DNA of 64,000 bases from Candidatus Doudnabacteria bacterium (GCA_963768175.1 CAVYGQ010000002.1:7270-71269), one strand, 5' to 3'; counted from the stretch's first letter, positions 20,415-30,293 are shown. A program made the numbers and translations. Notes: generated from the sequence alone by a model not told the origin.

Positions 20415-21638
20415 TTATTTCGTCAATTGGCTTAGTTGCGCGCCGTACAAAAAAAATTGGAAAATTTGCAGCCCCAAAAATACTGCGGCCAGGTACCAGC
20501 CGACCAAGTGCCAGCCGTTTTTAAACAGGCTATAAAACGCCCAGCCGTAAAAGAAATATAATATGGGAGTAAGAATAAAGAAATAAAAAATTAATAATGA
20601 GGTAATCGGGCCGATAGGCAGCAATAAAATAATAGTCGGTACAATCAGCCAGTACAAAAGGGTGGTTTTAACCGATGGCGCTAGCCGGACTTCCGGCAAC
20701 CGGGCGGGATGCAGCCGTTTTTGGTTAAAATGGAAAATAATGTATCCCAGCAACAACAGGCCGGCCAGAATGTAGAGTAGGACGGGGCCTACAATATAAA
20801 TAACGTTAAAGTCCAGATGAACAATAATCCACGGCCCAAACCAGAAACCGAAATATTGTATCATTCTGGAGCCCAAGCCTTCAGCGGCAGTTCCTCCGGC
20901 AAGGTGCAGGAGGCCGGTGACATCGGCCAGTCGGTGGGTAAGTTCAAAATACAAATAGGGGGCGTAGATAACCAAATTGCCGGCTAAAAATATAAGCCAT
21001 TGGTTTAGGGAAAAACGGATATCCTTGCGCAGGAGGGCGATAACTAAAATCAGCGGCAGGCTTAACAGCGCTACCGCGTGCAGTTGCGTGGCCACGGCAA
21101 AGCTAGTGGTCAGCCAGAGCGTATTGCGGTAAATATTTTTTTTGATGGACAGTTGTTGGAAAGCAAAAAAGAAAACCAGAACGAAAAACGGTAAAAAATT
21201 TGGGTTGGAGGCGTATTGTGCAAAAGAAACATCAAATTCACATACCGCCATGATAATTATTACCATGTAGGCTAATTGTGTGCTGTGCCAGGATCTTACC
21301 ACAAAAAAACTTAATAGCAGGGTGGTTAGGGAGAAGAAAAGGCTAGCCACGGCGGGTGCGTACAAGGCAAAGTGAAAGGCTGCCACAAAGGGAAATAGGA
21401 GGTAGTAGTAAATCGGCCCAAAATTAAAGCCGCCTAAATGGGAAGGTGGCCCTAAAAAAATCCAGTGGCCTGTGGCGAGGCGTTTTTCCACGGCAAGGTC
21501 GCGTAGCAATTCCGAATACCAGTATAAAGATCGTCCGCGACGATCAGGCAGCCGAACTAAAAAAGCGACTGTCAGAGTCAGCCACAGCAGCCAATATTTG
21601 CGGGCTGCGTTGCCAAAGTAATTAATTAGCGCAGTCAT
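20415..21638 (-). CDS. polytopic membrane protein, GT-C-like glycosyltransferase/DUF family; paralog of 48497..50113
   Basis: Shared motifs YYYLL.PFV...YASNPNFLPFF with the 48497 ORF. 10+ TM helices. Confidence 0.45.
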   Translation of the reverse strand: MTALINYFGNAARKYWLLWLTLTVAFLVRLPDRRGRSLYWYSELLRDLAVEKRLATGHWIFLGPPSHLGGFNFGPIYYYLLFPFVAAFHFALYAPAVASLFFSLTTLLLSFFVVRSWHSTQLAYMVIIIMAVCEFDVSFAQYASNPNFLPFFVLVFFFAFQQLSIKKNIYRNTLWLTTSFAVATQLHAVALLSLPLILVIALLRKDIRFSLNQWLIFLAGNLVIYAPYLYFELTHRLADVTGLLHLAGGTAAEGLGSRMIQYFGFWFGPWIIVHLDFNVIYIVGPVLLYILAGLLLLGYIIFHFNQKRLHPARLPEVRLAPSVKTTLLYWLIVPTIILLLPIGPITSLLIFYFFILTPILYFFYGWAFYSLFKNGWHLVGWYLAAVFLGLQIFQFFLYGAQLSQLTK

Positions 21639-21669
21639 TATTGTTTGACCTACGGAGTTTAAGGACTTT

Positions 21670-22005
21670 AAGTCGCGGATTTATTCGAATAGGCTGGAGG
21701 GAAAATCGGCGGGGCATCAGCAAAGAAATGTGAGTGCAATGCTATTATAGAATAACCATTGGAGATAATCAAAAAACCGCCTAAGCAAGGCGGCCTAAGA
21801 GAGACTTTCCAGCGCCTTGGACCATTTATTACCCTTCGGGTGTCAGGGCATGAACCAGTGGTCCAAGTTATACCTACAGTGTAGGCTTATTAGTTCGTGG
21901 CCGCGCCATGAACCGGAGCAAACGCAGTGAGCGATCGGTTTTTGGTGGACCGTGCGAGAATCGGACTCGCGTCTCCCGGGCTTGCCCACCCACCTTTTTT
22001 GGATA
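21670..22005 (+). ncRNA. rnpB: candidate RNase P RNA (reduced bacterial type) in a 450-nt gene-free gap
   Basis: Ordered matches to M1 RNA conserved blocks: GGAGGGAAAATCGGCGGGGC near the 5' end (cf GGAGGAAAGUCCGGGCUCC), CCUAAGAGAGAC (cf GGUAAGAGCGCAC), GAACCGGAGCAAACG (cf CCACCCGGAGCAAGG), CAGTGAGCGAT (exact match to M1), and TCTCCCGGGCTTGCC (cf ACAGAACCCGGCUUA, the P4 3' strand). No ORF in the region. Confidence 0.4.
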
Positions 22006-22084
22006 GTTGGTGGGCACTGTTTGACAAAGTTGGAATGGAAATAGCCCAAAGTATTGAGCCTTGTTTTATAGCTTAGGGCTGGTT

Positions 22085-23509
22085 TTAGGGTATTGTTACA
22101 AGATACAAACCTGTTGTTAACCCTTGCGCTAATTTGGCAACGTGTTGATAATCCGGGGCGGTTTGGGAAAAGAGAATAAATGAACCCGGGCTAATTTTTG
22201 TATTTTTTGACCAACCATAGATTCTTTCGTTCAAATAAAAAATTATGGAGGGCTCATCTCTTTGATTCAAAAGCACGGGCAAATTAGGAAAATTTGCTAC
22301 GACAAATTGGGACATCATTTTATTTTCGTAATAGTAATGAGCATAATATCCGTTGTTATTAATTTTACTTTGGTTATAAATTATCCCAGTTGTAATACAA
22401 AAAATCGCTAAAAGTATCGGCGCTATAAACTTAAAATATTTATTTTCAAACCTTTGAAACAAATCACTTAAAGATTTAGCTGTTATAACAATTAAAAATG
22501 GGTAAACGACTAAAATGTAACTTGCCAATTTGGTAACCGATGTGCTAAAAAGCAAAAAAATAAAAAAAGCGCTTATCAGCAAAAAAATGTAGGGTTTCTT
22601 TTCGGAATTTTTCTTAAAAATTTTGTAAACAAAATATAATATTGATAAAATTGACAAGCCGAGAAAAAGCCAATTTTCTCGCATATTATTAAAATAATAG
22701 AAAAAAGAAGCATTGTTATTGTCAATTGGCTGGACAAATCTTTCAAGCACTTGAAGTCCAAGGTATACGCTCCAAAACGCTTTTCCATACCTTAAGCTCT
22801 CAACAATATGCCAAGGTAAAATAACGGCAAAAAAGATTAAAAGGCCATAATAAAAAAACCTTTCTTTCAAGTAAGAAAAATTTTTTATTACTAAACTTTG
22901 AATAAAAATAATCGGCAACGGCATTAGGCCGATGATACTTTTGGTTAAAACCCCCAATCCCAAACATGCCCAAAATAGTAAGTAGTATTTTTTATTTTCT
23001 GTAGCTTTATTAAAAGCCAAAAAAGAAGCTAAGATAAAAAAAGTTACCGGAATGTCAAACTTTAAATACCAAGCTTGGGTAATAAAATAATGGACTAAAT
23101 AATAAACTACTACCGAAAAAATTCCCACTATTTCCGATTTAAATAATTGTTTTGCCAATAGATAGGTTAAAATTACAACGCCTAAAGCAAAAAGCGTGCT
23201 CCAAAAACGAGCCGCAAATTCAGTTATTCCGAATACGGCAAATGATGATTCTGTGAGCCAAAACATTAACGGCGGTTTTTCAAACCATAAACCAGTGGGA
23301 TTTTGCGGGCTTATACTTCCGTCCCAATGTAAATCTATAAAACTATGCTGGTCTATGGCTTGTCTGGCAATTTGCGCATATATGCCCTCATCCCAATCAA
23401 TCATTGGGTGGTTGCCAATTTTATAAAATAAAAGAAACCCGTAGACGGCAATCAGCAGTATTGCTAAACTGGGAAGCAAAAATTTTTTCTGCAACAATTT
23501 TTCCGACAT
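22085..23509 (-). CDS. ArnT/PMT-like glycosyltransferase (GT83/GT39 family) membrane protein
   Basis: DEGIYAQIARQAI...WFEKPPLMFWL...EFAARF matches the ArnT N-terminal signature. Many TM helices. Confidence 0.7.
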   Translation of the reverse strand: MSEKLLQKKFLLPSLAILLIAVYGFLLFYKIGNHPMIDWDEGIYAQIARQAIDQHSFIDLHWDGSISPQNPTGLWFEKPPLMFWLTESSFAVFGITEFAARFWSTLFALGVVILTYLLAKQLFKSEIVGIFSVVVYYLVHYFITQAWYLKFDIPVTFFILASFLAFNKATENKKYYLLFWACLGLGVLTKSIIGLMPLPIIFIQSLVIKNFSYLKERFFYYGLLIFFAVILPWHIVESLRYGKAFWSVYLGLQVLERFVQPIDNNNASFFYYFNNMRENWLFLGLSILSILYFVYKIFKKNSEKKPYIFLLISAFFIFLLFSTSVTKLASYILVVYPFLIVITAKSLSDLFQRFENKYFKFIAPILLAIFCITTGIIYNQSKINNNGYYAHYYYENKMMSQFVVANFPNLPVLLNQRDEPSIIFYLNERIYGWSKNTKISPGSFILFSQTAPDYQHVAKLAQGLTTGLYLVTIP

Positions 23510-23784
23510 TTATTTGTTTCGTTTAGTTGTTAAAGAGCAAGCCGTATCAGCCTATCAAAAAAGGCCACCCGCTTGCCACATCTACCCTTTCGGATAGAGA
23601 CCTTAGGAAAGGCTAAGACAAGACGGATGACCATCTTCGCTTTCCTAAGGATTTTGCCATGCCGATGATTTCTTATCGGTTTAGGCAACAATTAAATTGT
23701 ATTTAAACTATAGCAAATTTTGCCTTTTAAATAAAGTGTGTTTTTTGTCTTGGCTTTTCCTCGTATTTGGAGCATAATTTAAGA

Positions 23785-24702
23785 ATGCAGCCGGATATTG
23801 AACGGATAAAAAACGAATTAAACGAGCTTTATCAAGCCGCTTTGGGCAAGCCGGCCGGTTTTGAGTTTCTAGCTCGGACTTCAGAGTATATTGAGTTTAT
23901 TGAAACTACCCCGATACTGTTTGAGATTATGCAAAATGAAAAAAAGAAAAACGATGAATTCCTTGCCCCGTTTATGGATAAAAAAGGCAACGTCCCCAAA
24001 GCAACAAGGGATAAAATTTGGAGTGTGGTAATGCAGCAAAGCATTTGGCAACAATATTTTGTTTTTCATCTTGAAATTTACCGTGCACTTTCCCAAAAAG
24101 TGAACAAAGACCCAAAAAAAGTTTTGGAACGCATTAAAAAACGCTTTTCGTCTTTTTTAACTTTTAAAAGAGCATTTTGGCCGTTTACAAAAGATTCTCG
24201 GGTAGCCTTGGGGACAACTTTTGTTTACAAGCTTATAATGAAAGATTTTCACAAAAGGTTGTTACGTCTTTTGGAAGAATGGGCTATCCGACAAGCTTCC
24301 GGCGGTTTAGAAACAGAAATGAACATATCGGGATTGACTTTATCCTCTAGCTTTGAAGAATTAAACAGCATTTTGCATATTGGCCATTGGAAAATTAAAA
24401 TTGCAAGGCAAAAGAAACTGTCTAAAGCCCATGATATTTTAAAATATATTTTTATTGATAATGCCGACAATTTAACAGGCGATTTTTATTATTCCGAAAT
24501 AGCGCAGGATGTTTTTGGCGACAGCGAATATGCCAAACGAGAAAATGCTTGGACGCCCTACACTACGGCCTTTAATGATATTCAAAATAAAGTTATAAAA
24601 GAAACCAAAGGTAAAATTATAAACTATTTAGACATCAGTGGCGGCATAACTGGCAGAGTAAAAATAAACCCAAAATATCTAATGAAACCAAAGGAAAAAT
24701 GA
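23785..24702 (+). CDS. hypothetical protein (cargo of putative integrative element)
   Basis: ORF only. ATG at 23785 preferred over the TTG at 23767. No recognisable domain. Confidence 0.4.
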   Translation: MQPDIERIKNELNELYQAALGKPAGFEFLARTSEYIEFIETTPILFEIMQNEKKKNDEFLAPFMDKKGNVPKATRDKIWSVVMQQSIWQQYFVFHLEIYRALSQKVNKDPKKVLERIKKRFSSFLTFKRAFWPFTKDSRVALGTTFVYKLIMKDFHKRLLRLLEEWAIRQASGGLETEMNISGLTLSSSFEELNSILHIGHWKIKIARQKKLSKAHDILKYIFIDNADNLTGDFYYSEIAQDVFGDSEYAKRENAWTPYTTAFNDIQNKVIKETKGKIINYLDISGGITGRVKINPKYLMKPKEK

Positions 24703-24781
24703 TTAAGAGTAAAATTTTTATCTAAACTTTCATAAACGGCTGAATTATAAAATAGCTTCAAGAAAACTTGAGGCTTTTTTT

Positions 24782-24976
24782 ATGACCAAATTCAGCCCAC
24801 AACTGGTTCAGCGAATGCAAAAGCACTTTGCTGACAAATACGGAGCCTTGCTTACTGACGAGCAGGCCGAGGAGTATTTAGACTCTTGGGCGGATTTGTA
24901 TTTGCTGGTCGTGGGTGGCGGACGAGCTGCTCCGGCTTTGCCCGGCACGGGCAAACCGGACAGCCGTCCGCCCTGA
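24782..24976 (+). CDS. small hypothetical protein
   Basis: ORF only. Confidence 0.25.
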   Translation: MTKFSPQLVQRMQKHFADKYGALLTDEQAEEYLDSWADLYLLVVGGGRAAPALPGTGKPDSRPP

Positions 24977-25029
24977 CTTGATACTTAGCACATAGTAATC
25001 AGAATCATTAAACATTCTTAAAAATCTTT

Positions 25030-25413
25030 ATGACCGATAAACCATTAAAACTTACAATGGAAGATATTGAAAAAATGCTTTCTGAAAAATTGGACTTCGT
25101 TTTGCTTAAAGACCCTCATAACCACAACAAGACCGGCGAACCCTGTGTGAGTTGGATACTTTCCAAGGAAAAGCCGCTTAAACTGCTTAAGAATTACTGC
25201 GACCAAAAACTAAGGGAGCTTTATGAGATTAAAACCGAACTCAAAAGACAAACCAAACAGGGAGTAGGAGAATTATTTTATGACCACCAACGCAATAGAA
25301 TTTACAAACGGACGATTGAAAATTACGGGGGATATCCTGACTTACGAAGTTTTCGCAAAGCCTTTTCGGATAGGGCCGAGACCTCGTCGGGAAAAGAAAA
25401 CATCCCTTTCTAA
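25030..25413 (+). CDS. hypothetical protein; 3' end overlaps the Rep gene
   Basis: ORF only. Confidence 0.3.
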   Translation: MTDKPLKLTMEDIEKMLSEKLDFVLLKDPHNHNKTGEPCVSWILSKEKPLKLLKNYCDQKLRELYEIKTELKRQTKQGVGELFYDHQRNRIYKRTIENYGGYPDLRSFRKAFSDRAETSSGKENIPF

Positions 25414-26161
25414 GTCTGACAAACCAATGACCAGAACCCGGAACCTTTACGCCGCCAAAAAACGGCTAATGGATTGGATTAACTGTAATGTAAATGTTTA
25501 CACCGGAAAGCTTGGCCAAATCCTGCCCCCAATATTTATGACCCTGACTTTTTCCGATGATGTTACAGACCTTAATGACGCTCACCTTGAATTTAAAAAG
25601 TTTGTGGGTAAGGTTAACTATCAGGTTTTCCATACCAAAAAAGCTTGCCTGAAATACGCCGCCACCTTTGAAATCCAGCCGGGGCGGTTTAAAAAATACG
25701 GCGTGGCCGTCTGGCACTACCACGTTATCCTGTTTAACTGGGAAATGATTGATACCAAGACCGGCGTTACTGCCACAAGGAGATTTTGGGATAACATTGA
25801 TAAAAAATTGTTACAAGATATTTGGGGTAACGGTTGGGTAGACATTCGGGATATTACCCAAGTCAAAAATGTGGGCTGGTATATGACCAAGTATATGGTT
25901 AAGGACGCTAACGACCCCAAGCTTAACGGCCGGATTAGTTACTTGTTAGCCAAAGGTTTGAAACAACCCATAAATATTTATAACAGCACTTTTGTTGATA
26001 TGCTGATACACGATTTCCCCGGAGATACCTTAAGGCATTTTAAAACCGGCATTAAGCTTAATCACCTTGAATCCAAAGACCGCCTAATTTTTAACCTCTC
26101 GGAATATCCCGAACTGCGGCAAAGAAACGATGAATTGATTAAAAAATATTTTGGAGAATAG
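25280..26161 (+). CDS. rolling-circle replication initiator, HUH superfamily I (phiX174 gpA / Gokushovirus VP4-like)
   Basis: Motif 1 FMTLTF, motif 2 WHYHVILFN (HUH), motif 3 YMTKYMVK (Y-x3-Y with Lys). Confidence 0.65.
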   Translation: MTTNAIEFTNGRLKITGDILTYEVFAKPFRIGPRPRREKKTSLSKSDKPMTRTRNLYAAKKRLMDWINCNVNVYTGKLGQILPPIFMTLTFSDDVTDLNDAHLEFKKFVGKVNYQVFHTKKACLKYAATFEIQPGRFKKYGVAVWHYHVILFNWEMIDTKTGVTATRRFWDNIDKKLLQDIWGNGWVDIRDITQVKNVGWYMTKYMVKDANDPKLNGRISYLLAKGLKQPINIYNSTFVDMLIHDFPGDTLRHFKTGIKLNHLESKDRLIFNLSEYPELRQRNDELIKKYFGE

Positions 26162-26223
26162 GATTAAACATTTTGCCAATTTTGTTTTTAGAGCTATAAT
26201 GGGAAAAATTAACTTTTGTGTTT

Positions 26224-27762
26224 ATGAAAAATATCATCTACTGCCGCCGCTCGTCCGAGGATTCCTATCATCAGGTGCTTTCCATTGAGAGCCAAGAAAA
26301 GGAATTATCGGCTTTTGCGGAAAAACAAAATATTGCCGTTGATAAGATTTTTACTGAAAGTATGTCGGCAAGGCGGCCGGGCAGACCTGAATTTGAAAAG
26401 TTGGTAAAGCTAATTGAGCATAACCCCGGCTCTGTGGTTTTGGTTTGGAAGCTTGACCGGCTCGCCCGTAACCCTATTGACGAGGGCAAAATTAAATGGC
26501 TATTGCAAACCGGAGTAATTGCCAAAATTGTTACTCCCGAAAAAACTTACTTTCCCGAAGACAATGTTTTAGTGTCCGGCGTAGAGTTCAGTATGGCCGC
26601 CCAATACAGCATTGACCTGTCCAAAAATGTTAAGCGCGGCAACAGAACCAAACTGGAAAGGGGCGAATGGCCAAACCGCTCACCGCTCGGCTACATTGAT
26701 AATAAAATCACCAAGCTAAAAGAAATTGACCCGATTAGAGCGCCGATGATACGGCAAGCTTTTGAACTTTACGCTACCGGCGGTTATTCGCTCAAGTATG
26801 TCAATCAGATTTTGGAAGATAAAGGCCTACGAACCAGAGAGGGGCTTAAGTTGAGCAAGGCACTTTTACATAAAACATTAATAAATCCATTTTACTACGG
26901 CACAATGAGAAGCAACGGCAAGCTTTATTCGGGTAATCATCCGCCCTTAATCAGCAAAACCCTGTTTGATAATGTCCAAGATGTCTTAAACGGCAAACAT
27001 CATTCTAAAATTCAAAAGCATTTTTTCCCATTAAGGGGATATATGAATTGTTATTCTTGCGGCTGTGCTTTAACTGCAACGACCAAAAAAGGCCACGTGT
27101 ATTATTACTGCACCAATGGCAAGGGAAACTGCGAACAGCACAAAAAATATTTAAGGGATAAGACTACCGATGAGTTAGTTGCTAAAGTTTTTGGTAATAT
27201 CCAGTTTGACAGCAACGAAATAGAAATTGCTTATGAGGCTGCCAAGCATAAAATCCTAAAACAGGGCGGCTCAACCGATGATAAAAAATCAGAACTGGCC
27301 AAACAGCTTAAAATGGCTCAAGGCAAACTCGCAAACCTGATTGAGCTGATTTCCTCTGACCCGGAGATGAAAGAAACCCTCAAGCCTAAAATTTTATCTC
27401 TGGAGCAGGATATAAAAACAATCACAAAGCAGATTTTTGATTTAGGCAAGGTAACGCCGGAGCAACAGTTGTCAACTTTGGAACAAACAAAAAAGGCCTT
27501 CTTACAGGCCAATTCTGCTAGTTTTGATTATCTTTCCGGCGATGACGCTAAAAAGTTTGAATTGCTTAAAAAGTTACTTTGGAACCTTAAGCTCCAAGAT
27601 AACAACGTTCAATGTTTTCAGCTCAAACAACCTTATCAGCTAATGGCGGAATCGCCAAAAAAGCTGGAAATTTTTCAGTGGTGGACCGTACCGGATTCGA
27701 ACCGGTTGCCTCCACATTGCAAATGTGGCGCTCTACCAAGTGAGCTAACGGCCCGTGATTAA
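26224..27762 (+). CDS. large serine recombinase (resolvase catalytic domain plus recombinase domain plus zinc ribbon); the last 25 codons are read across tRNA-Ala on the opposite strand
   Basis: N-terminal IIYCRRSSEDS...SIESQ...VLVWKLDRLARN catalytic domain. C-X2-C...C zinc ribbon CYSCGCAL...YYYCTNGKGNC. Coiled-coil tail. Confidence 0.75.
   Translation: MKNIIYCRRSSEDSYHQVLSIESQEKELSAFAEKQNIAVDKIFTESMSARRPGRPEFEKLVKLIEHNPGSVVLVWKLDRLARNPIDEGKIKWLLQTGVIAKIVTPEKTYFPEDNVLVSGVEFSMAAQYSIDLSKNVKRGNRTKLERGEWPNRSPLGYIDNKITKLKEIDPIRAPMIRQAFELYATGGYSLKYVNQILEDKGLRTREGLKLSKALLHKTLINPFYYGTMRSNGKLYSGNHPPLISKTLFDNVQDVLNGKHHSKIQKHFFPLRGYMNCYSCGCALTATTKKGHVYYYCTNGKGNCEQHKKYLRDKTTDELVAKVFGNIQFDSNEIEIAYEAAKHKILKQGGSTDDKKSELAKQLKMAQGKLANLIELISSDPEMKETLKPKILSLEQDIKTITKQIFDLGKVTPEQQLSTLEQTKKAFLQANSASFDYLSGDDAKKFELLKKLLWNLKLQDNNVQCFQLKQPYQLMAESPKKLEIFQWWTVPDSNRLPPHCKCGALPSELTARD
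27685..27760 (-). tRNA. tRNA-Ala(UGC), CCA encoded
   Basis: Reverse complement is GGGCCGTTAGCTCACTTGGTAGAGCGCCACATTTGCAATGTGGAGGCAACCGGTTCGAATCCGGTACGGTCCACCA. G3:U70 Ala identity pair, anticodon loop TTTGCAA, T-arm GGTTCGAATCC. Confidence 0.85.
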
Positions 27763-27777
27763 TCTGGAAAGGTGGGC

Positions 27778-27826
27778 GGGTGAACAAACCGGGTGCTCTG
27801 CCACTAAGCTAACGGCCCCTGCTTCG
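27778..27826 (-). pseudogene. tRNA 5'-half remnant (GGGCCGTTAGCTTAGTGGCAGAGCACCCGG...)
   Basis: Acceptor and D-arm resemble the adjacent tRNA-Ala, but no intact anticodon or T arms. Confidence 0.4.
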
Positions 27827-27897
27827 CTAAAGCTACGCAGGGCAAGCCTGCGAGATTAGTGTTTTTTTAAAATTCCCGAGGGTTGACCTCGGGATTA

Positions 27898-28167
27898 TCA
27901 TACCAGCATTTGGATTAACATCGAGGTCGGAGCAATGCTCGGGGCGTTATTGCCGCCGGGCAGTTTGTTAAACAGCCACAGTACGGACAAAATGCACAAA
28001 ATCAGGCCGAACAGTTTCCACCAGGTATAAGTGCCGGCGCCAACGCCCGTGCCCAAATATTTTTCCGCCAAATCAATTTTGCCGGAAAATTGGTCGGTAA
28101 TGGCTACCGAATATTTCATAATTAGGACACCGGCAACAAAAACTAGGGGAGAGAAAATGAAACGCAT
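27898..28167 (-). CDS. small hypothetical membrane protein
   Basis: ORF with two TM helices, between the tRNAs. Confidence 0.3.
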   Translation of the reverse strand: MRFIFSPLVFVAGVLIMKYSVAITDQFSGKIDLAEKYLGTGVGAGTYTWWKLFGLILCILSVLWLFNKLPGGNNAPSIAPTSMLIQMLV

Positions 28168-28248
28168 AAATTTAGTTATCAGGTTAAAAGTTTCAAGTTA
28201 TCAAGTAGGGACACTTTTAACTTTCAACTTGATAACTTTTAACTTAAC

Positions 28249-28323
28249 TGGTGCGTGTGGCAGGGATCGAACCTGCGACCCCGTCATTATCAGTGACGTG
28301 CTCTACCACTGAGCTACACACGC
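28249..28323 (-). tRNA. tRNA-Ile(GAU), CCA encoded
   Basis: Reverse complement is GCGTGTGTAGCTCAGTGGTAGAGCACGTCACTGATAATGACGGGGTCGCAGGTTCGATCCCTGCCACACGCACCA. Anticodon loop CTGATAA. Confidence 0.85.
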
Positions 28324-28334
28324 AAATTTTAGTA

Positions 28335-28480
28335 CGGGGCGCAGCGCGCTCTAACTTCACCCAGCACCAATTCCCGTAAGCGGTCTATTCCTATCAATTA
28401 TTCTTTGGAGCAAAGGCAGCGTAGCTTGGTAGCAATGTGTTAGGGGAATTGGTGCTGGGCAAGGCTGAGCTATACGCCCA
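28335..28480. repeat. tRNA debris plus long hairpin (16-bp inverted repeat CCCAGCACCAATTCCC / GGGAATTGGTGCTGGG)
   Basis: Minus strand begins GGGCGTATAGCTCAGCC (tRNA-like acceptor and D-stem) and ends GTTAGAGCGCGCTGCGCCC. Plus strand holds a deleted tRNA-Ala-like GTAGCTTGGTAG...CAATGTG. Confidence 0.45.
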
Positions 28481-28621
28481 TGTTGATAAATTACAGGAAA
28501 CTTTGATAATTTTACCAAATTTTTTGAATTTTGACAACAGCGGTAAAATGTATTATTATAATTAAGCTTAAAGTCGCCATATAGGCTAAGTTTGAGACGA
28601 GAAACCAAAATTTTAAACTAA

Positions 28622-29638
28622 ATGTTTTTTTCCAAAAAAAAATCCATTTTGGGGGTAGATATAGGCACGGCGAATATAAAAATCGCTCAGGTTTCGCATG
28701 GGGAAAAAACAATATTAGATACTTACGGTATAGTCAATATTGCCTATCAGCTGGGGGGGAAAAATGACGCGGTGGCCATTGAACAAATGGCAAAGACTTT
28801 AAAGATTTTAATCCAAAAAGCCGGAGTCACCGCCAAACGCTGCGTAATTAGTTTTCCTAACAGTGCCGTATTTACCTCGGTTATCCAGTTGCCTAAGATG
28901 GATAAAGGCGAACTGGCTTCGGCGGTGGAGTTTGAGGCTAAAAAGTATGTGCCCTTGGCGCTTTCAGAAGTAGATTTGTCATGGACGGTTACGAAAGATA
29001 GCGATGCATCCAAAGATTTGTTGCAAATTTTGCTTACCGCCGTGCCAAAACAGATTACCCAGAATTATATGCGGATGTTCGATTTGGCCGGACTAGAGCC
29101 GGAAGTCGGTGAAATTGAAGCCTTGGCCCTAATTCGTTCTTTAATTGGTAACGTGCCTATGAATTGTGTTATAATAGATATAGGGGCAAGAAGCACCGGT
29201 TTAAACATAATAGAGGGTGGGTTTTTGCGGCTTAGCCGGAATCTCAATATAGGAGGCGACACCATTACCGATAAAATCGCCCAAGCTTTAAATGTCAGTG
29301 TGTTCCGTGCCGAGCAATTTAAGAAAGATTTCGGTATTAGCAATTCTACTTTTATTCCCGATACGGTAAAGCCGGTTTTAAACCTTATAAAAACTGAAGT
29401 TAAACAGTTATTAACCATATATCAGTCTCAAAACGTCCAGGTTGAAAGAATTTTATTGGTTGGAGGAGGCAGCAATCTGCCCGGCATCGTAGGTTTTTTT
29501 GAAGATTTAAAAATAAAAGTTGAACTTGGAAACCCGCTGGGGGCGGTAGGCTATGCCCGGGATTTAGAGCCAGTACTTAAGCGTTATTCTTTAAGTTTGC
29601 CCATAGCCATTGGTCTTGCTTTGAGAAACGAAACATAA
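28622..29638 (+). CDS. pilM: type IV pilus assembly protein PilM (actin-like ATPase fold)
   Basis: N-terminal ILGVDIGTANIKIAQV. Positioned first in the pilMNO block. Confidence 0.8.
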   Translation: MFFSKKKSILGVDIGTANIKIAQVSHGEKTILDTYGIVNIAYQLGGKNDAVAIEQMAKTLKILIQKAGVTAKRCVISFPNSAVFTSVIQLPKMDKGELASAVEFEAKKYVPLALSEVDLSWTVTKDSDASKDLLQILLTAVPKQITQNYMRMFDLAGLEPEVGEIEALALIRSLIGNVPMNCVIIDIGARSTGLNIIEGGFLRLSRNLNIGGDTITDKIAQALNVSVFRAEQFKKDFGISNSTFIPDTVKPVLNLIKTEVKQLLTIYQSQNVQVERILLVGGGSNLPGIVGFFEDLKIKVELGNPLGAVGYARDLEPVLKRYSLSLPIAIGLALRNET

Positions 29639-29708
29639 ATTAATATACAATTATCCTGCATCTTTAACTCCTGGAGATGCCCAAAGATTAAAGATTAGAG
29701 ATAAAACC

Positions 29709-30293
29709 TTGGCCCAAATAAATTTATTAAAACAAAACACAACTGGCGGCGATATAGGCAAAAATGTCCCCAAAATTTTAGTTTGGGTTCTTTTAATTGT
29801 CTTGGTATTGCTGTTGGGTTTTTATGGCTGGTTGTTTTTTAGCTCCAAGAGCATTGATAGCAAAATAGCGGCCGCGCAAATCCAGATTAACAACGATAAC
29901 CAGGCCGCTTTGGCTCCCAAAGGCAGGGATGAACTTTTAACCAGACAACAACAGCTGCAAAGCCTAAGCGCTTTAATTGCTTCCCATGTTTACTGGTCCC
30001 AGTTATTTAAGCCTCTAGCGGCCGCAACTTTAAAAAATGCTAGCTATAGCTCTTTAACCGTGGGTACAGGTAAAGATTTAACTTTAAACGTTACAGTCCC
30101 GACTTTAGAAGATATGGACAAGTATATGCAAATTTTTAACCTGCCTGAATTTAATCAAAATTTCAGTAATGTGCGCATAGGCGGGTTTTCCAAAGTTCAA
30201 GGGAAAAACTCTACTAGTATCGGGTTTCAGGTTAAAATGCAATACGACCCCAAAATAATTCAGTATCAGCCTCCAAGCAACAATGCCAATTAA
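29709..30293 (+). CDS. pilN: PilN-like bitopic pilus assembly protein
   Basis: Single N-terminal TM and coiled coil. Position after pilM. Confidence 0.5.
   Translation: MAQINLLKQNTTGGDIGKNVPKILVWVLLIVLVLLLGFYGWLFFSSKSIDSKIAAAQIQINNDNQAALAPKGRDELLTRQQQLQSLSALIASHVYWSQLFKPLAAATLKNASYSSLTVGTGKDLTLNVTVPTLEDMDKYMQIFNLPEFNQNFSNVRIGGFSKVQGKNSTSIGFQVKMQYDPKIIQYQPPSNNAN

Noticed and set aside
21775-21805. Minus-strand terminator-like hairpin CCGCCTTGCTTAGGCGG plus T-run
   Set aside because: It could terminate the 22085..23509 minus-strand gene, but it overlaps the candidate RNase P RNA, where it may be P12. It was not called separately because the two interpretations conflict.
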